This document shows positions 1 through 14,259 of a DNA stretch of 64,000 nt, piece after piece. A model generated the notes under the pieces. It was not told the origin of the DNA. It was given only the letters and a program-made list of their open reading frames with translations, and made no database searches. A program made the translations under genes and the position numbers. Source of the stretch: Octopus sinensis (taxonomy: Eukaryota); assembly GCF_006345805.1 (NCBI RefSeq), contig NC_043008.1:24180001-24244000 (forward strand). The letters run 5' to 3'. Within the stretch, counting starts at the first letter, position 1; each line of letters starts with the position of its first letter.

Positions 1-99
1 TGATGTTAAAACAGTAAATTTCAACTCTTATTGCATTGTTTCTTTCCAAGTACTGACATCTAACTGTTCAAAGAAGACTTCAGAAGTAACCAGTTGCAA

Positions 100-2219
100 C
101 TTCTCTTGAAACTGCTCAACATTTGGCGTCGTGGTGTTATCGAGTACCTGCAGAAAAAAGGATATGACCCTCAAGGACATTCATTCTTACATGGTTGCTA
201 CATTAAGAGATGACACTCCAGCTTTATCAGCAGTGTAAAAGTGGGCAGCTGGATTCAGGAGGGGAAGGGAATGTCTTGAAGATGACCAAACGTCTGGACG
301 TTCTGCAACTGCCAGCACCAAGGAGAACATTAATCGTGGTCATCACATGATGGATGACAAACGATTGACTATAAATCAAATACGCAATGCTATAAGCATA
401 TCCCGTGACACAGTTGAGAATATTCTGCACAATGAACTTGGCATGATGAAGGTTTCTTCTCGGTGGATGCCACATCTTCTGACAACTGATCAAAAGCGCA
501 CCTGGCTAATCACATCACTGGAAAATCTGACATTATTTGAGGCAGATCCAGCTGGTTTCCTTGAACGTTTCCTTACCTAGAATAAGTGTTGGGTTCATCA
601 CTTTGAGCCAAAGGCAAAGAAACAATTCATGCAGTGGGAACACCCCTCCTCACCCTGCTCCAAAGAAGGCCAAGGTCATTTCATCTACAGACATTGTGCA
701 TATTGATTATCTTCAAGAGGGCTATACCATCAATAGAGAGTATTGTGCCAACTTACTGAGATAGTTACGAACGATATCAAGACCAAACACCCAGTGAAAG
801 GGGTCTTGTTTCATGAAGACAATGCTCCAGTACACAAGTCCTTGGTTTCATAACTGGGTTTGAACTGATCGATCACATTCACTATTCTCCTGATTTGATC
901 CCATCTGACTATCATTTGTAGCGTAACTGATATCCTCACTGTTTGACAGACATATTAGGAATGACCTCGTGCTAGATAACAACCATCTTTTGCTAGTTTG
1001 ACCCTGTTGTGTCCACTGCTCTGATTGGTTGGCATTTGACGCAATTTGTCTTTTGACTTATTTCGCGCCAGTGTGTAAGCCAACAAATCATGGCCTTCGG
1101 ATAAGGTCTACTTCATTTGAGCCACCTTAACCCTATAAAAAGGCTAGTTCGTCTTTGGCTCTAGACTTTCTAAGGTCTAGTCACTGACCACAGAGCTACT
1201 CAACCATGTTCCAGTTCTAGCGACAGACGACCAGCCAGCCAACCATGCTCCTGCTCCAGCCATGATGACACTAACTTACACCAGCGACAGACAGGACGTT
1301 CTCCATCTCCATCGCCCTCATCTTGACGTCGCCTTTCTCTGCCGCCGCCATCATCGTCGTCCTTCATCTCTACGTCGTCTCCATCTCCGTCGACTTCAGC
1401 AATATGTATACATCAACATCGTCCAGGTTTAAACTCCACGCTGTTATAAATATTTCATCGAGCTAAACAGCTACAGTCTACCTGAAAGAACTTCCTGTAT
1501 CAAGAGACTCGGCACGGCATTGAAGCCAGAACCGCTACACAACATGTGTCCAACCGGCATTCTGCCTCGTGACCCCAACATCTTGTTACAGAACTATTGC
1601 TATTTTGTACCTCACTTACGAACTGGTAAACTAATTCCATCTTAACTCAATATGCTGATCTTATGCTCTGTATTCTGTTTTATACGCATACACCTTTTGT
1701 CGCACACACGAACACACAGACACAAAACACTTGTCGCATGCACACAGACACTCCACTTTGCTAGCACTCACACACTTTCTCTTTGTACCCAATGTAAATA
1801 AAGTCTTCTCTCCCAAACAGTAGAACGGTTTGTTGTCCTCATTTATTCCTTTTGGCACTGTATTTTATATCATGTATTTGGCTTCTTATTTTGTTAGGGG
1901 CGACAGTGCGGCGTTTTAAAGGAGACATTTGTCACCAACTCCTTACGTACGGTCGTATTCCCTACACATTTATTTCCCAACATAAAAAGACACTTGGCTA
2001 GGAACAAGTATTGCATTGATAATGACGTCATATCTGTTGTTGATGACTTTTTTGACCAACAGGATGAAAGCTTTTCACAAATGTGATCCAAACATTACAA
2101 CACTGATGGAAGAAGTGGGGGACACACACAAGAGGGACTATATTGAAAATAAACATCATTTGGTCACGTTCCATGAGAGTATCTTCTTCAGCCTTTGAAC
2201 TTTTCAACAAACCCTCATA
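100..2219 (+). mobile_element. Decayed mariner (SETMAR/Mos1-like) DNA transposon, split by a solo LTR
   Basis: Frames give HTH-like 'KRLTINQIRNAISISRDTVENILHNELGMMKVSSRWMPHLLT' (WVPHEL-like) and 'YSPDLIPSDYH' continuing after the insert as 'LFPNIKRHL'. TIR-like end 'aacttttcaacaaaccctcata' near 2219. Multiple stops and frameshifts. Confidence 0.88.
917..1966 (+). mobile_element. Solo LTR (1050 bp) of an LTR retrotransposon, probably Gypsy-type
   Basis: Termini TGTAG...CTACA with 4-bp TSD CATT (913-916 and 1967-1970). TATA-like CTATAAAA near 1133 and AATAAA near 1797. Removing it restores the mariner frame PSDYHLFPN. Confidence 0.85.
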
Positions 2220-3142
2220 ACTCCCATATGTTGGTGAATGGTAATCGCAGCAAAGTTTAGCAGAACATGCAATATCCAAAAGTTGGGAATTTTTGATTCC
2301 TGCTAGTCGTTACTTGGTCGATTGTGGATGACATTATTTTGGTGGATTTTCTTTCGATTCGTGCTCTCTCATGTAATTTTTTATTAATGAATGAAGTTTT
2401 GTTTGAATTTTGTTAACTGTGATTTCAGTCCTCTATATTCTTCACTCAATGCTATTTTTCGTCCACGATCAGTTACTGCTCCTTCGAGTACACCTGTACA
2501 TGTTAATTTTTGTTGTATTGTTATTGCATCGGTCGTTATCCTTGTTTACAGTTTTCTTAGAATTCCATGGTCTGGTCTGACTCTTATTTACTGTGCAATT
2601 TTGGTGGTCGTTGGGGATAACAACAAAAATTTTCTTGATGAAGTCTGCTGTAACTGTTTCACACTGATATTCGAGTAGCTGGAAAAATTTAGATCACTAT
2701 TATGCTTCGTTATTTTCGTGTAGCCAATCGAGGGAACTAGTAAGTTTATAGAAATGATAGGGGTTTTGTGATAGTGGATCTAAGTATCCTGTCCAGTTAT
2801 GGTGTATATAGTAGTAATTCCACGTGTTGAGTTTCAGTTAAATTTTCCCCGCTTGATTACTGCGATGGTCTTCCGTAAAACAGGAGTTTTTTCACATTTA
2901 TTCAAAGTAGATAATCAATTTTTTACTGGGCTTGTATCAATGATATAATAGCTCTAGCAAAAAGTATTCATTACAAAAATGAATAGTCTCTTATGCCAAC
3001 TTGACTAACTTCGACGCGGTATGTCTACGTATATGTGTATATTTTTCTGTGCATAAATAAATAAATATATGTATGTATATTCACATACGCATGCATTCGA
3101 AAATACACGTGTATGTATGTATATATATGTGTGTGTGTGTAA

Positions 3143-3207
<65 letters not shown>

Positions 3208-3437
3208 GCATATCTAGGTGTGTATAGCAATATCACTGAATGTATATTTGTGTCTGTGCGTGGCTGCGCGCATACATGTGTGTATGCCATATCAGCCTTA
3301 AGATAAACCAACATTGACGTATATTGTCTCACAAAAACCTCACCATATGCATCATAAGATTCTGAGAACAAAAAGCTTCGCCTTGAGTTCAAGTAACAAA
3401 AGGAAAGTCATCTCTCTCGCTTTCTCTCTCTCTCTCT

Positions 3438-3511
<74 letters not shown>

Positions 3512-3557
3512 TATATACACTACAATAACTCTTTTATTTTCTCCCTCTCATATATAT

Positions 3558-3598
<41 letters not shown>

Positions 3599-5619
3599 TA
3601 AGAGACTTAGTCATTGTATTAAAACAATAATTTATGAATAACTTCCGTAGTCAAGCTACAGTGGAAACTTTGAGAAATAGATATTTATACTGAAGAAAAT
3701 CGAAACTCATTGAGTCTGAGGCAACCGAACGAAAGACTGCGCAAAGTTATTCTGTAAGTGTATGCTAGGGGATGTCATGGTATATTGTGTACCATAGCAC
3801 GCGTGTGCTGTATGTGTGTACGTGGGTGAAAGAGTGTTTCCATATCTGTATCTGTGTGCATATGAACGTGCATGATAATTTGGTTAATATTAATTTGGCA
3901 AAAGGTTTGTGTAATAGGACATTATAACGAATAATTCATGTTGTTATATTTGTAAAACTTTGTGACTTAAGCGCAGATCCTTAACTCACCATTTTACTTT
4001 TGTTACAAACGACCAAACACTTGACATGATGGCATCAACAGACGTGCCGTTTTTTATACCCAGTCAGACCACTCAAATCGTGCAGCAACTTATTCATCCA
4101 CCCAGACGTACTTAATACTCAAAACTAAAACGCAAAGAACAAAAAAAAACCTACTGACCAATTATCCGCTCGTCTACAACCTAGAGAGCTTTAAACTGCA
4201 ATATTAGAGAATGAATAAACACCATGGAAAACAACTTGTTTAAGAATAGCATAATACTGGAAAGGCTGTACAGACTAATTAACTACAAAGATCAAATGCT
4301 AATAACAAATGTATACCGAATGCTACATGAAGAGGAAGAAGGATTTCTACATGACTTGGGAAACTTTTAATAGCATTCCTCAGTCCTGGATTCTGGTATA
4401 ATGTAATTATAAACGTAATGTAAAATAACTATTGTAAGACTACAAAAATATATAAGGTAAAGAATAATGAAAAACTAATAGAAATAGCTTCTGCAACTTG
4501 GCTTCGAGTTGTAGAATGGGACAATAAAAAGTTGCTTTGGTCACATGCAACTACAAAACCGACTCAACTACCTCTAAATGGGGAAAAGCAGACCAACCGC
4601 CTTGTTTGTCCTTGACTACCCAGCCCAGTACAATAAAAATGCAAAGAACAGTAAAGAAATGGAGAATTTATATAACCATTACGCTTCAAAGAATCGAGAA
4701 AAGAACCTTCCACAAAACGCAAAGAAACTAAAGTTCATTTTCCGTTTGCAAGGAAGTCAACAAAAACTAAATAAAATCTTGAATAACAAACACTTCAGTA
4801 GAAAAAGCGGAACCAACAATAGAAATTGTAAAATGGCTAAAATGTAAGCTAAAACTGGGGATAGAGAATGCTACGATAAAACGATGGCAAGTAGCACTTA
4901 GACGGTCAATACCTAAAACAACAGAACGGGAAGGAAGGAGACAAAGAAAAAAAAACTGAGAAAAAAGAAATCTTCATTGCGCCACAGAAGCAAAGCCTTC
5001 CCAGCAGAAGCCACCAAAAGCATATGTTGAAGTAGACTACAGTAACTTCAGAACATGTAAAAATGAGAAAGAAGCATTTATCCACAATGTGGCTTAGTTT
5101 TAGGCAAAACCAGAAACAAAATGATAGAGCTGGGACTTCGAATTATATCGTCATTATTGTCGACATAAAAACCAACAGAGAATAAAAATGCCTCAGGGTA
5201 TGACATAGAAGCCAGGAAAGTCAAGGTTAATCTATCATAATGTTATCAAAGACGTCAAGGAAAGAAGCACCTCCTAATTAATTTAGTCTCTTCAGATGAT
5301 AAGATATTTGTATGGAGGAATTATCCAAATATAGATATGACAATTGAGATAACATGAATGTTGAAGCAGAAAATAGAAACGATGCCTATATTTACAGCTT
5401 CCTTAATAATAAGCAAATACATAACCAAAACCTCAGAATTTATATATATGTAGAACAGACAGAAAATGATACTTCTCACTACTTCACGTATATTGCAGAA
5501 AGTACTTCCAATACGGTAGAAGCAATGAATTCGAAACGAAACGCCACACATACCCAAAGCACACCGAACAGTGCTCATTAATGCACTGAAAGCACTCAAA
5601 ATATAACAGGGCTAATCAA

Positions 5620-5800
5620 TAATTGTTTCCTATTTAGTCACAAGACCAGCAATTTTGAGAGTAAGAAGTGAGTTAATTAAAACAATCCTAGTATTGACTG
5701 ATACTTTATGTTACCGTTCCAGGAGTAACGAAAGGCAAAGCTGATATCGGTGGGATCTAAACAGAGTATGTAACGAACCAGAACAATTTATTGTAAGTCA
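5620..5800 (-). mobile_element. Degenerate SINE copy (family of 38380-38550)
   Basis: Diverged match to 'gaaaggcaaagtcgacctcggc...tttgaactcagaacgta' seen in other copies in this window. Confidence 0.5.
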
Positions 5801-5982
5801 CTCAGCCGACAAAAACGAGTAGTACCTGTATTTCAAAAGATCGGCCTTGTCACACTCTGTATCACGCTCAATCTCCTTGGGGACTAAGTTAAGTGTACAC
5901 ATGAGCGTTAATTTCGTGAGCAGACTGTTCTGTTGGTCGGATCAACTGTAAAGCCTCGTCGTATTGACCGATGGCGTGCCAG

Positions 5983-6027
5983 ATAATAATAAGGATGATA
6001 ATAATAATGATAATAATATTAATAATA

Positions 6028-6101
<74 letters not shown>

Positions 6102-6180
6102 GATCATGATGATGATAATGAAGATGATGTTGATGAAGATGATAATGATGATGATGATGAAAATACTACTACTATTACTA

Positions 6181-6212
<32 letters not shown>

Positions 6213-6222
6213 CTACTACTAC

Positions 6223-6265
<43 letters not shown>
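5983..6265. repeat. Compound microsatellite (AAT)n/(GAT)n/(ACT)n/(AAT)n
   Basis: Direct reading. Confidence 0.97.
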
Positions 6266-9200
6266 CAATTCTTTTTTATTGGCCACAAGGGCTGACACGC
6301 ATGATTACATAAAGGGACAAGACAGGACGAAAGGTTACAAAGGGTTTTGTCCGTTTGTTAAAAAAATCCGTGTAAAAAACTTTATAACAATGATTATTAA
6401 AACAATGAAAAACTCCCAAAAGGGGGAGACGTTTCGAAAGGTTCCTGGTGGAAAAAACCCTACAAAAGCCAACGGGAGCCTGGTCAAAAAAGGGGGTGTA
6501 GAGAGTCCCCTTTCTTCTCCTTTTGTATTACCTTTTTGAAATCACAGGCGAAACCTGAGAACTGGTCCATTTATACAGGCCAGTCTCGCACAATTCACCC
6601 ACCTTTCATAAAACTTGCTATCGGACAGCACTTTCCTCTCTAACCTCATCTTCCTTTTCAAGTGAAACTTGAAAAAGTTGATGAGGCCTAGACCAAAGAG
6701 GAAAGTGTCTGTCTTTAGCCCTTTCAAACGAGTCCACCACACGACCTCTTTCGCCACAGCCACTAGGCACAAGAAAACGGCCTCGCCCTCCTTGTTAAAG
6801 GAGGTCGGCGGGGCAATCTTCACTATGGATTCGGCCGATAGTCGGATCCGTCCTACACGTGACAGTAGCTGTTCGACATAAACCCATATTTCAGCAATAC
6901 TCGGGCACTGGACGAGTGCGTGCAGAACGGTTTCGTCGTCCTGGCAACACCTCGGGCAGGCCCGGCTGACGGCACTTCCGTGCCGGTAGAGTTTATCTCG
7001 AACAGGCAGAGCCCCTCGGTAGCACTGCCAGGCGAGAGACCTCTGGAAATTATCCACCGGCCCCGGCCCGAAAGTCCTCCCGAACAGACCGCTCAGTTCG
7101 TCGTCTTCAACGTCTAGAGTTTCCCCGAGAACGTCGTCGCATTTTTCCTCCACTAACCCTCTATAGAACGCTAGAGTGGAGCTGTAACCGATCGCATTGC
7201 CCGCCTGACGGAGGGCGGAGAGGGCTTGACGGCACTCGAGGTGCCAAGCGCCCTTTCTCGGTCTACGTTTGATCCAGGTCTGCAGCTCCGTCAAAGAGAC
7301 GAGCTGCGGAAAATCGCGTCTGACAAAAGACGACCACACCTGTTCACCGTCTAGGAAGCGCTTGAGATGCCGCAGCCTGAGCGCATGTCTGCGCAACAGC
7401 AACCACGGCATTCCAAGGCCTCCGTTCAGCGGTCGTTGACAGCAGATGGATCGCCTGACCAGTGGCACCTGACCCTTCCACAAAAAGTCGAAGAGCAGGC
7501 GTACCAGCTTGGCCAACCAGCGGTCGGGACAAGGGACGACGGTCAAGCGGTAATAGATGACGGATGCGATGTACGCATTCGCCACCTCCGCTCGACCTTT
7601 CAGGGACAGCTTCCTCTCGGCCCATTTCTGGGTGAGACGTGCCACCCTGCTCGTCACCTCTTCCCAGTTCTTATCCACCTGGAGGTCCGGACCGAACCAG
7701 ACCCCGAGCAGTTTAACGAGTCCGTCTGTCCAGCGCCCTACGACGCTGTTGGACGGCATGGGCTTGCCTCTCCAGGTGCCCAGTTGCAAGCCCACAGACT
7801 TTTCCGCATTAATCTTTGCCCCTGTCACCGCTTCGTACTGGTTTAGCGTCTCGCCAATCAGGCCAATGTGCCTGTGGCTCGACACCACCACGGTGACGTC
7901 GTCGGCATAAGCAGACACGCTGTTTCCGCCTCCTAGATCGCTGTTTCCGCCTCCCTCAAAGCCTCTAACTTGCGCAGTAATGGCTCGAGAGTCAAAATGT
8001 ACAAGAGGGAGGAGAGAGGGCATCCTTGGCGGACCGAACGCGAGATGTCGAACGGTTCCGAAAGGTGACCGTTCACCCGTATCACCGAGCAGATGTTGCT
8101 GTATAAAGCAGCTATCCACCCGCGGAAGACTGGACCGAAGCCGGCTGCCTTGAGGACAGCTGCCAGGTACCGATGGTCGACCCTATCGAAGGTTTTACTC
8201 TGATCCAAGTTGATCAAAGCCCCACCCGCGCCAGCGTCGTTACCCACCCTCTCTATGATGTAGCGCATGAGATGGAGGTTGTCGTGTATCGACCTGGTCG
8301 GCACGGCGCATGTCTGCGTCTTGCCGACCAGCTTGTCCACGACGAGCGCCAATCTCTTGGCTAGCACCTTGGCCAAAATCTTCAACTCTGCATTGAGCAG
8401 AGTGATGGGCCGGAAATTCCCTATAACGTCCCCCTTGTTTGGGTCCTTCTTTAGCAAAGCCACCACCCCTCGACAGACAAAAGCAGGAATTCTCCCGTTT
8501 TGCTGCCAGTTGCAGTAGACGTTTGCCAACAGGTCCGCAAACAAGTCTGGCATTGAAAAGTAAAGCTCGTAGGGCAGACCATCCAAACCCGGCGATCTAC
8601 CTCTCGTGCAACTCTTCATCGCTTCCTGTACTTCCCAGGCAGATATCGGTCCTTCGCAGCACTCTGCCTCGCTGTCCGAGAGTTGCGGTAGGCCGTCCAG
8701 GTACACACCGAAGTCTGTACCGTTGGTGTCCGTTCCACCGCTCGTCCCAAACAGTTGAGCAAAGTGCCGCTGAAGCACCGTACACATCTGCTTCGGTTCG
8801 GTAACCTCGCGCCCGTTCTGGTCCACCAAAGACCGAATGGTTGCTCTACTGCCTTGCTTCGCCTCCGCCACGCGGGCCCATCGAGCGGCTCTAGTCCCCT
8901 CCCCGCTTAGCGAACGTGCCTTAGCTCTGACAACGCAGCCTTCGTGTTTGGCGTCGAAGTGTTGGTCGAGGGCCAACCTTGCCGCCAACACGTCGGTCGC
9001 GATGCCAGTGTCAAGAGCCTCGTCTAGTTTCTTAACTAAATCCCGCTCTCTCTTCCTACGTTCAATAGCTAGAGTCTTACTATACCTAATCGACTCTACT
9101 CTAATTGCTCTCTTGAGGGCAAACCACCAGTTGTTGTTGATGATTGCCCCCGTGAGCGCCCGCTTAACTAGTAAACTAATCCGGTCTCTGTAAGCTTTGC

Positions 9201-10119
9201 ACGCCGTTAACGACGCGTTCAGCTTCCAGTAGCCGGGTCCCTGTCTATGTAGCCTATCTAAGTCGACCGTACAGATCACTAATTTGTGGTCTGTATATTC
9301 GACTAGGTGGAATTGTGGACACCCTACGCTGTCCTTATCCGCTGGCCTACAAAACACTCTAAGTACGATCTAGACGACCCGATGCGGTTTGTCCAAGTCC
9401 ACATTGGCACATTCGGGTTCTCTAGTCGAAACCTGTCGGACAGCTGAAAGCGGCCGAGTAGGTTGGCGAGGCTCTTGCACCCTCCCCCTCTCCTATCAGA
9501 CGCTCCCCTGCCCACCGATCGAAACGTTCGTCTAAGACAGCGTTCCAATCCCCAACTAGCACTAGAGTGCGTGACGTTCCCAGGAAAACTTCCAGACGTT
9601 TGAAATAATCCGACTGCCCTGCTCCTGTCGGAGCGTAGGCAGCCAGCAGTCTGAAAGCACCGCCGTCACTACCGTCCACGTCGAGGACCACCAACTTACC
9701 TTCCGGATCCAAGAAGACTGTCCTTATTTTCAGGTCCAGGCCCTTCCGAAACAACACCGCAGTACCACCACCGCCCGCTCCCGGCCGACACGGTGATAGA
9801 AATATCTCGTATCCGCCGAAAAGGGCTGCGAGTTCCTGCGGGTCGGAGAGCCTGGTTTCACTGATGGCTGCTACATCCACATCATGAAACCTCAGGTCGT
9901 TTAACAGGTGACCCTGTTTCCAAGGTGACCCGAGGCCTCTCACATTCAAGCAACCGATTCTAAGATTTGCCATGTTTCAAAAGTTAGGGGGAAAAAAAAG
10001 GAGAAAAAAGGCTCTACTTACTGTTGTTGGTGGTGGGGGTGGCTCCCTTGTGCTTTTGCACGGGTGCTTCAATAATATTTTTATAAAGTTTCTTAGAGAA
10101 ACTTTTCCCTAACGATCCC
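6266..10119 (-). mobile_element. 5'-truncated Tx1/L1-clade non-LTR retrotransposon (ORF1 tail, ORF2, 3'UTR) flanked on both sides by (AAT)n
   Basis: GC-rich block with sharp edges at 6266 and 10119. ORF1 C-terminus ends at 10014, ORF2 ATG at 9973, AATAAA near the 3' end. Confidence 0.93.
6542..9973 (-). pseudogene. Tx1-like ORF2: APE endonuclease + reverse transcriptase + C-terminal CCHC zinc knuckle, 3 frameshifts
   Basis: EN motifs LNVRGL, SETRL, GDWN, TDHK. RT motifs SPGLDGLP, FRPITLLN, DQSKTFDRVDH, QGCPLS, YADD. C-terminal CPRC...ETVLHALVQC. Split over ORFs 9422-9973, 9324-9548, 7933-9357 and 6542-8119. Confidence 0.93.
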
Positions 10120-10330
10120 AATAATAATAATAATAATAATAATAATGATGATGATAATATTAATAACTGGTGATGCTGATGAAGGAGGAGGAGGAGGAGA
10201 AGAAGAAGAAGAAGAAGAAGAAGAAGAAGAAGAAGAAGAAGAAGAAGAAGAAGAAGAAGAAGAAGAAGAAGAAGAAGAAGAAGAAGAAGAAGAAGAAGAA
10301 GAAGAAAAAGAACAACAACAACAACAACAG
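10120..10330. repeat. (AAT)n, (GAA)n and (CAA)n microsatellite
   Basis: Direct reading. Confidence 0.97.
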
Positions 10331-10819
10331 CACCAGGAACGTTTAACATGTGAGAGCGATATAAAACACTGCTCCGAAATCTATCCAAAAACATCGGAAA
10401 TAAAGACATCGCATGGATCCAAAAATAGCTAACAAAGGGTTGGACTATATCCGGATAAGTAATACTCATTGAAATTTATTTCTATTTTCCAAATGAAATG
10501 ATGTATTTTTAACTGGATATCATCTCCACTGCTCACACAGCACATGTAAACACGCTTGATACATTACGATCCATTAACACTGGACCATCTCCGTCCCCAA
10601 ACACCATATACAAAAAAGTTGCAAATAAATTAAATAATACCGGTATTATTCAACACAAGAATAACAATCAGGAAGTACGTATTTTAAACTTGTTACACAA
10701 AAAGTACGAAAAACTACACGTGCAAAACAATTCAACACTAGAAATGAACGGACCGGTACCCTACGAAAATGATGACCGTCGAAATAAAAGGCCGGACGTT
10801 GGGGCTATCAAAACAACGA

Positions 10820-13014
10820 ACTTAGCACCTGAACAACTCTGGGCCCATATAACAACTGAAGAGGTCACCCAGGCACTGAAAAAACTAAGCAACTGGAAGA
10901 CACCTGGACACGAAAAGATCCCCAACTTCTGGTTAAAATGTCTCACGGGAACACACAAAAAATTTAATGACACACTAGCAGAGCCAGAGAAAATGCCTGA
11001 AACGGCAAACCCAATAACTTGTCTCCCTACAATTTACAAAGCCTTTACTGCAATAATATCGCAGAGATTGAGCATGCATCTGGAAGAAAATAACCTGTTT
11101 CCAGAAGAGCAGAAGGGATGCTACAAGGGCTTTTGATAGCATCCCCCACATATGAATCCTAGAAATACTAGTCATGAACAATGTAGCACCAATAATCATA
11201 AAGTACATAAAACACTCTATGAAAAAAATGGTAGACAGTACAACAACTCCAAATAAAAGAGGGTCTAATAAAAACCAAAGCTATCCTCATTAGAAGACAC
11301 ACGCTCTCTCCACTCCTTTTCTGCTTGGCACTGGCACCTTTATCTGACATGCTAAAGAGAACTGGATGCGGATACAACTGTTACGGCAAAACAATCAGCC
11401 AACTCTTATATATGGATGACCTAAAACTGTAGGCTACAAATGATAAACAGCTGGAAACATTACTACAGACAGTACATGGATTTACCAAAGAAATAAATAT
11501 GAAATTTGGCTTAGAAAAATGTGCCAAAGCAACATTGAAAAGAGGAAAACTAGTTAAGAGTAGCAACATCACACTAGATAAAGCAAGTGAAATAAGAGAA
11601 TTAGACCAAAGCCAGTCATACAAATATTTAGGAATCAATGAACTGGATACGATACAACACACACAAATGAAAGAGAAAATGTTTAAAATGAATACTATAG
11701 ACAAGTTAGATTAATACTGAAAACAGAGCTCAATGCGAAAAACAAGATAATGGGCATCAACACACAAGCCGTCCCAGTTATAAGTTACAGCTACAATATC
11801 CTCAACAGGACACTAAATGAACTAACCAAAATAGACAGGAAAGCAAGAAAAATAATGACAGGATTTATGATGCACCCTCAAAATCTGACATAGAAACGCT
11901 ATATATACAATGTATAGAAGGTGGTAGAGGCCTTATACAGCTAGAAAACTATTACAAAATAACCACCATAGGACTACAAAAATACCTGCTTCAGAAGCAA
12001 AGAAAACCTAATACAAATAGCCACAAAACACGAACAAAGCAAAAAACCGTTTTCAGTCTTTAAGGAAGCTAACAAATACAAACAAGAAGTCATATTACCT
12101 AACAACTATGAAGAAGAAAAAGAAACAACAAAAGCTATAAAACAAATGAAATCCAAACTAAAACTAGACCAGCAACGGACCATGATAAAACGATGGCAAG
12201 AAAAGCCCCTTCATGGCAAATACTGGGCTAAACTAAACGCAAAAGAAATTGACAAAACAAAATCCCAGCAATGGCTGAGAAGCTCAAGATTGAAAGGAGA
12301 GACTGAATAATTTTTAACTGCAGCACAAGACCAAAACCACCAGAAATTACCAAAAACATATAATGAAAAGAAACACAAGTAACTGCAGAATATGTGGAGA
12401 TGGACACGAAACAATAAATCATATTGTCTCTGGCTGCCCAGTCCTGGCTAAGAAGGAATATATTCACCGACACAACAGAGTTGGGACCTACATACCCTGG
12501 AAGCTATGCCAACACTATGGAATAACAACAGAAAAAAGATGGTGTAAGCACACACGAGAAAAGGCCACAGAAAATGAGAAAGCAACCATACTCTGGGATA
12601 TGCCAATATACACAGACAGAAAAATTAAGGCCAATAAGCCAGATATAGTTGTCAGAGATCAGGAAGAAAAAGAATGCTTCCTAATTGATGTATCAATACC
12701 AAGAGATGAAAACGTTTCTCTAAAAGAAATGGAGAAACTTTCAAAATACAAAGACTGGAAATAGAGGTAACTCGAATGTGGAGTCTAAAAGCAGAAACAA
12801 TTCCTATCATAGTCGGCGCATTAGGCATGATAAAAAACACCAGGACTAACAAATATATATAACATACAGAAAATAGCACTACTATTCACACATCTTACAT
12901 AAAACACTTTCAATACAATAAGAGTATCATGAGAGTATCACAGCACATACCCAAGGCACACAGAGCTGTGCTCGGTGCTACAGCAAAAGCACGTTATAAA
13001 AATAAGACTAGTGA
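10820..13014 (+). mobile_element. Decayed R4/Dong-clade non-LTR retrotransposon (RT + CCHC + restriction-like endonuclease) ending in (TAA)n
   Basis: NWKTPGHEKIPNFWLK, LYMDDLKL, MKFGLEKC, YKYLG, CRICGDGHETINHIVSGC, HRHNRVG, KPDIVVRD...LIDVSIP. Tail runs into (AAT)n. Confidence 0.9.
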
Positions 13015-13184
<170 letters not shown>

Positions 13185-13187
13185 AAA

Positions 13188-13737
13188 ATGCCCTGATGCA
13201 GTACCAGACAGTGGCTCTCATGACTCCTGATCTTAACTGATTGGAAGTATTATCATGTATATTGTTTTGTCTTGGTATAAAAGATGGGCTACAGCAAATA
13301 TTCTGCTCAATACCACAGATTTGCTTGTTAGTTGTTTGACCGTAACCAGATAGCCATGTCCCTCAGTAGCTGACGATATGTGCATCTCTGACCACGAGCA
13401 GAAGTAGTGGGGAGCCGTGTGTTGAAAAGGAATTCTTGGAAGTTTGGATAATTCACCTTTGGAAACATGGGTGGTTCGTTCAACGTCCTTAAACAATCCT
13501 TATTCATGTACCTTTTGAGTGGGAAGGGCTACTCAACCAGAAGAAAATTCTAACTGGGCCCCACCTGCATGATCATGCACTGTTTATCTTGATATGAGAT
13601 CAGCATATCTCGCACACATGGTTGTGATGCATGTACCTGGTGTACCCTTATCAGATGGGTAGTCATGATGGGTATACTGGGCTTTGTATATTTTACCCCA
13701 GTGTCCCTTTGATGGCATTCACTGCTCTCTCACTCAA
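13188..13737 (+). mobile_element. Non-coding ~550-bp SINE-like repeat ending in (TAA)n
   Basis: Starts 'gccctgatgcagtacc', ends 'ctcactcaataataat'. Its 5' part recurs inverted at 33000-33250. Confidence 0.75.
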
Positions 13738-13754
13738 TAATAATAATAATAATA

Positions 13755-14160
13755 GTTGAAATAGAAATTGGAAAAATGTGGAACCTCAAGACTAAAACAA
13801 TACCTGTTGTCATAGGTGCACTAGGAATGATAGCAAAGCGTTGATTACTACCTAGCTCAGATACCACGAAACCCCAAAATGATAGAAAGTCAAAAGATAG
13901 TACTCATGGGAACTGCCCATATCCTATATAAAATACTGTCTATGTAATCTCAAATTTTAAAACAAACTCATAATTTTCTTATGTTTTCTTAAACAATTTC
14001 TAGAGCAATACTATGTACAAAACCAAATGTATGACATCCTAGACATAACACCATCATGAACTTCTAACTTGTTGTCTCTTGAAGACTCTGGGTGAGACTT
14101 GGAGCCAACTTGTACAAATACAAAGCAAAAGTCAAACATATAACAACAACATCAACAACA
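13755..14160 (+). mobile_element. 3' end of a second R4/Dong-like family
   Basis: EIEIGKMWNLKTKTIPVVIGALGMI...LMGTAHIL, followed by an (AAC/AAT)n tail. Confidence 0.8.
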
Positions 14161-14259
14161 ATAACAATAATAATAATAATGTGCTGTTATAATAATGTGC
14201 TGTTACAATAATGTGCTCTTATAATGCTCTTATAATAATGGGTTCTTATAATAATAATG

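Noticed and set aside
2220-5600. Decayed LINE endonuclease (minus, 2300-2950) and ORF1-like (plus, 4030-5600) remnants
   Set aside because: Composition is suggestive but the motifs are too eroded to support a call.
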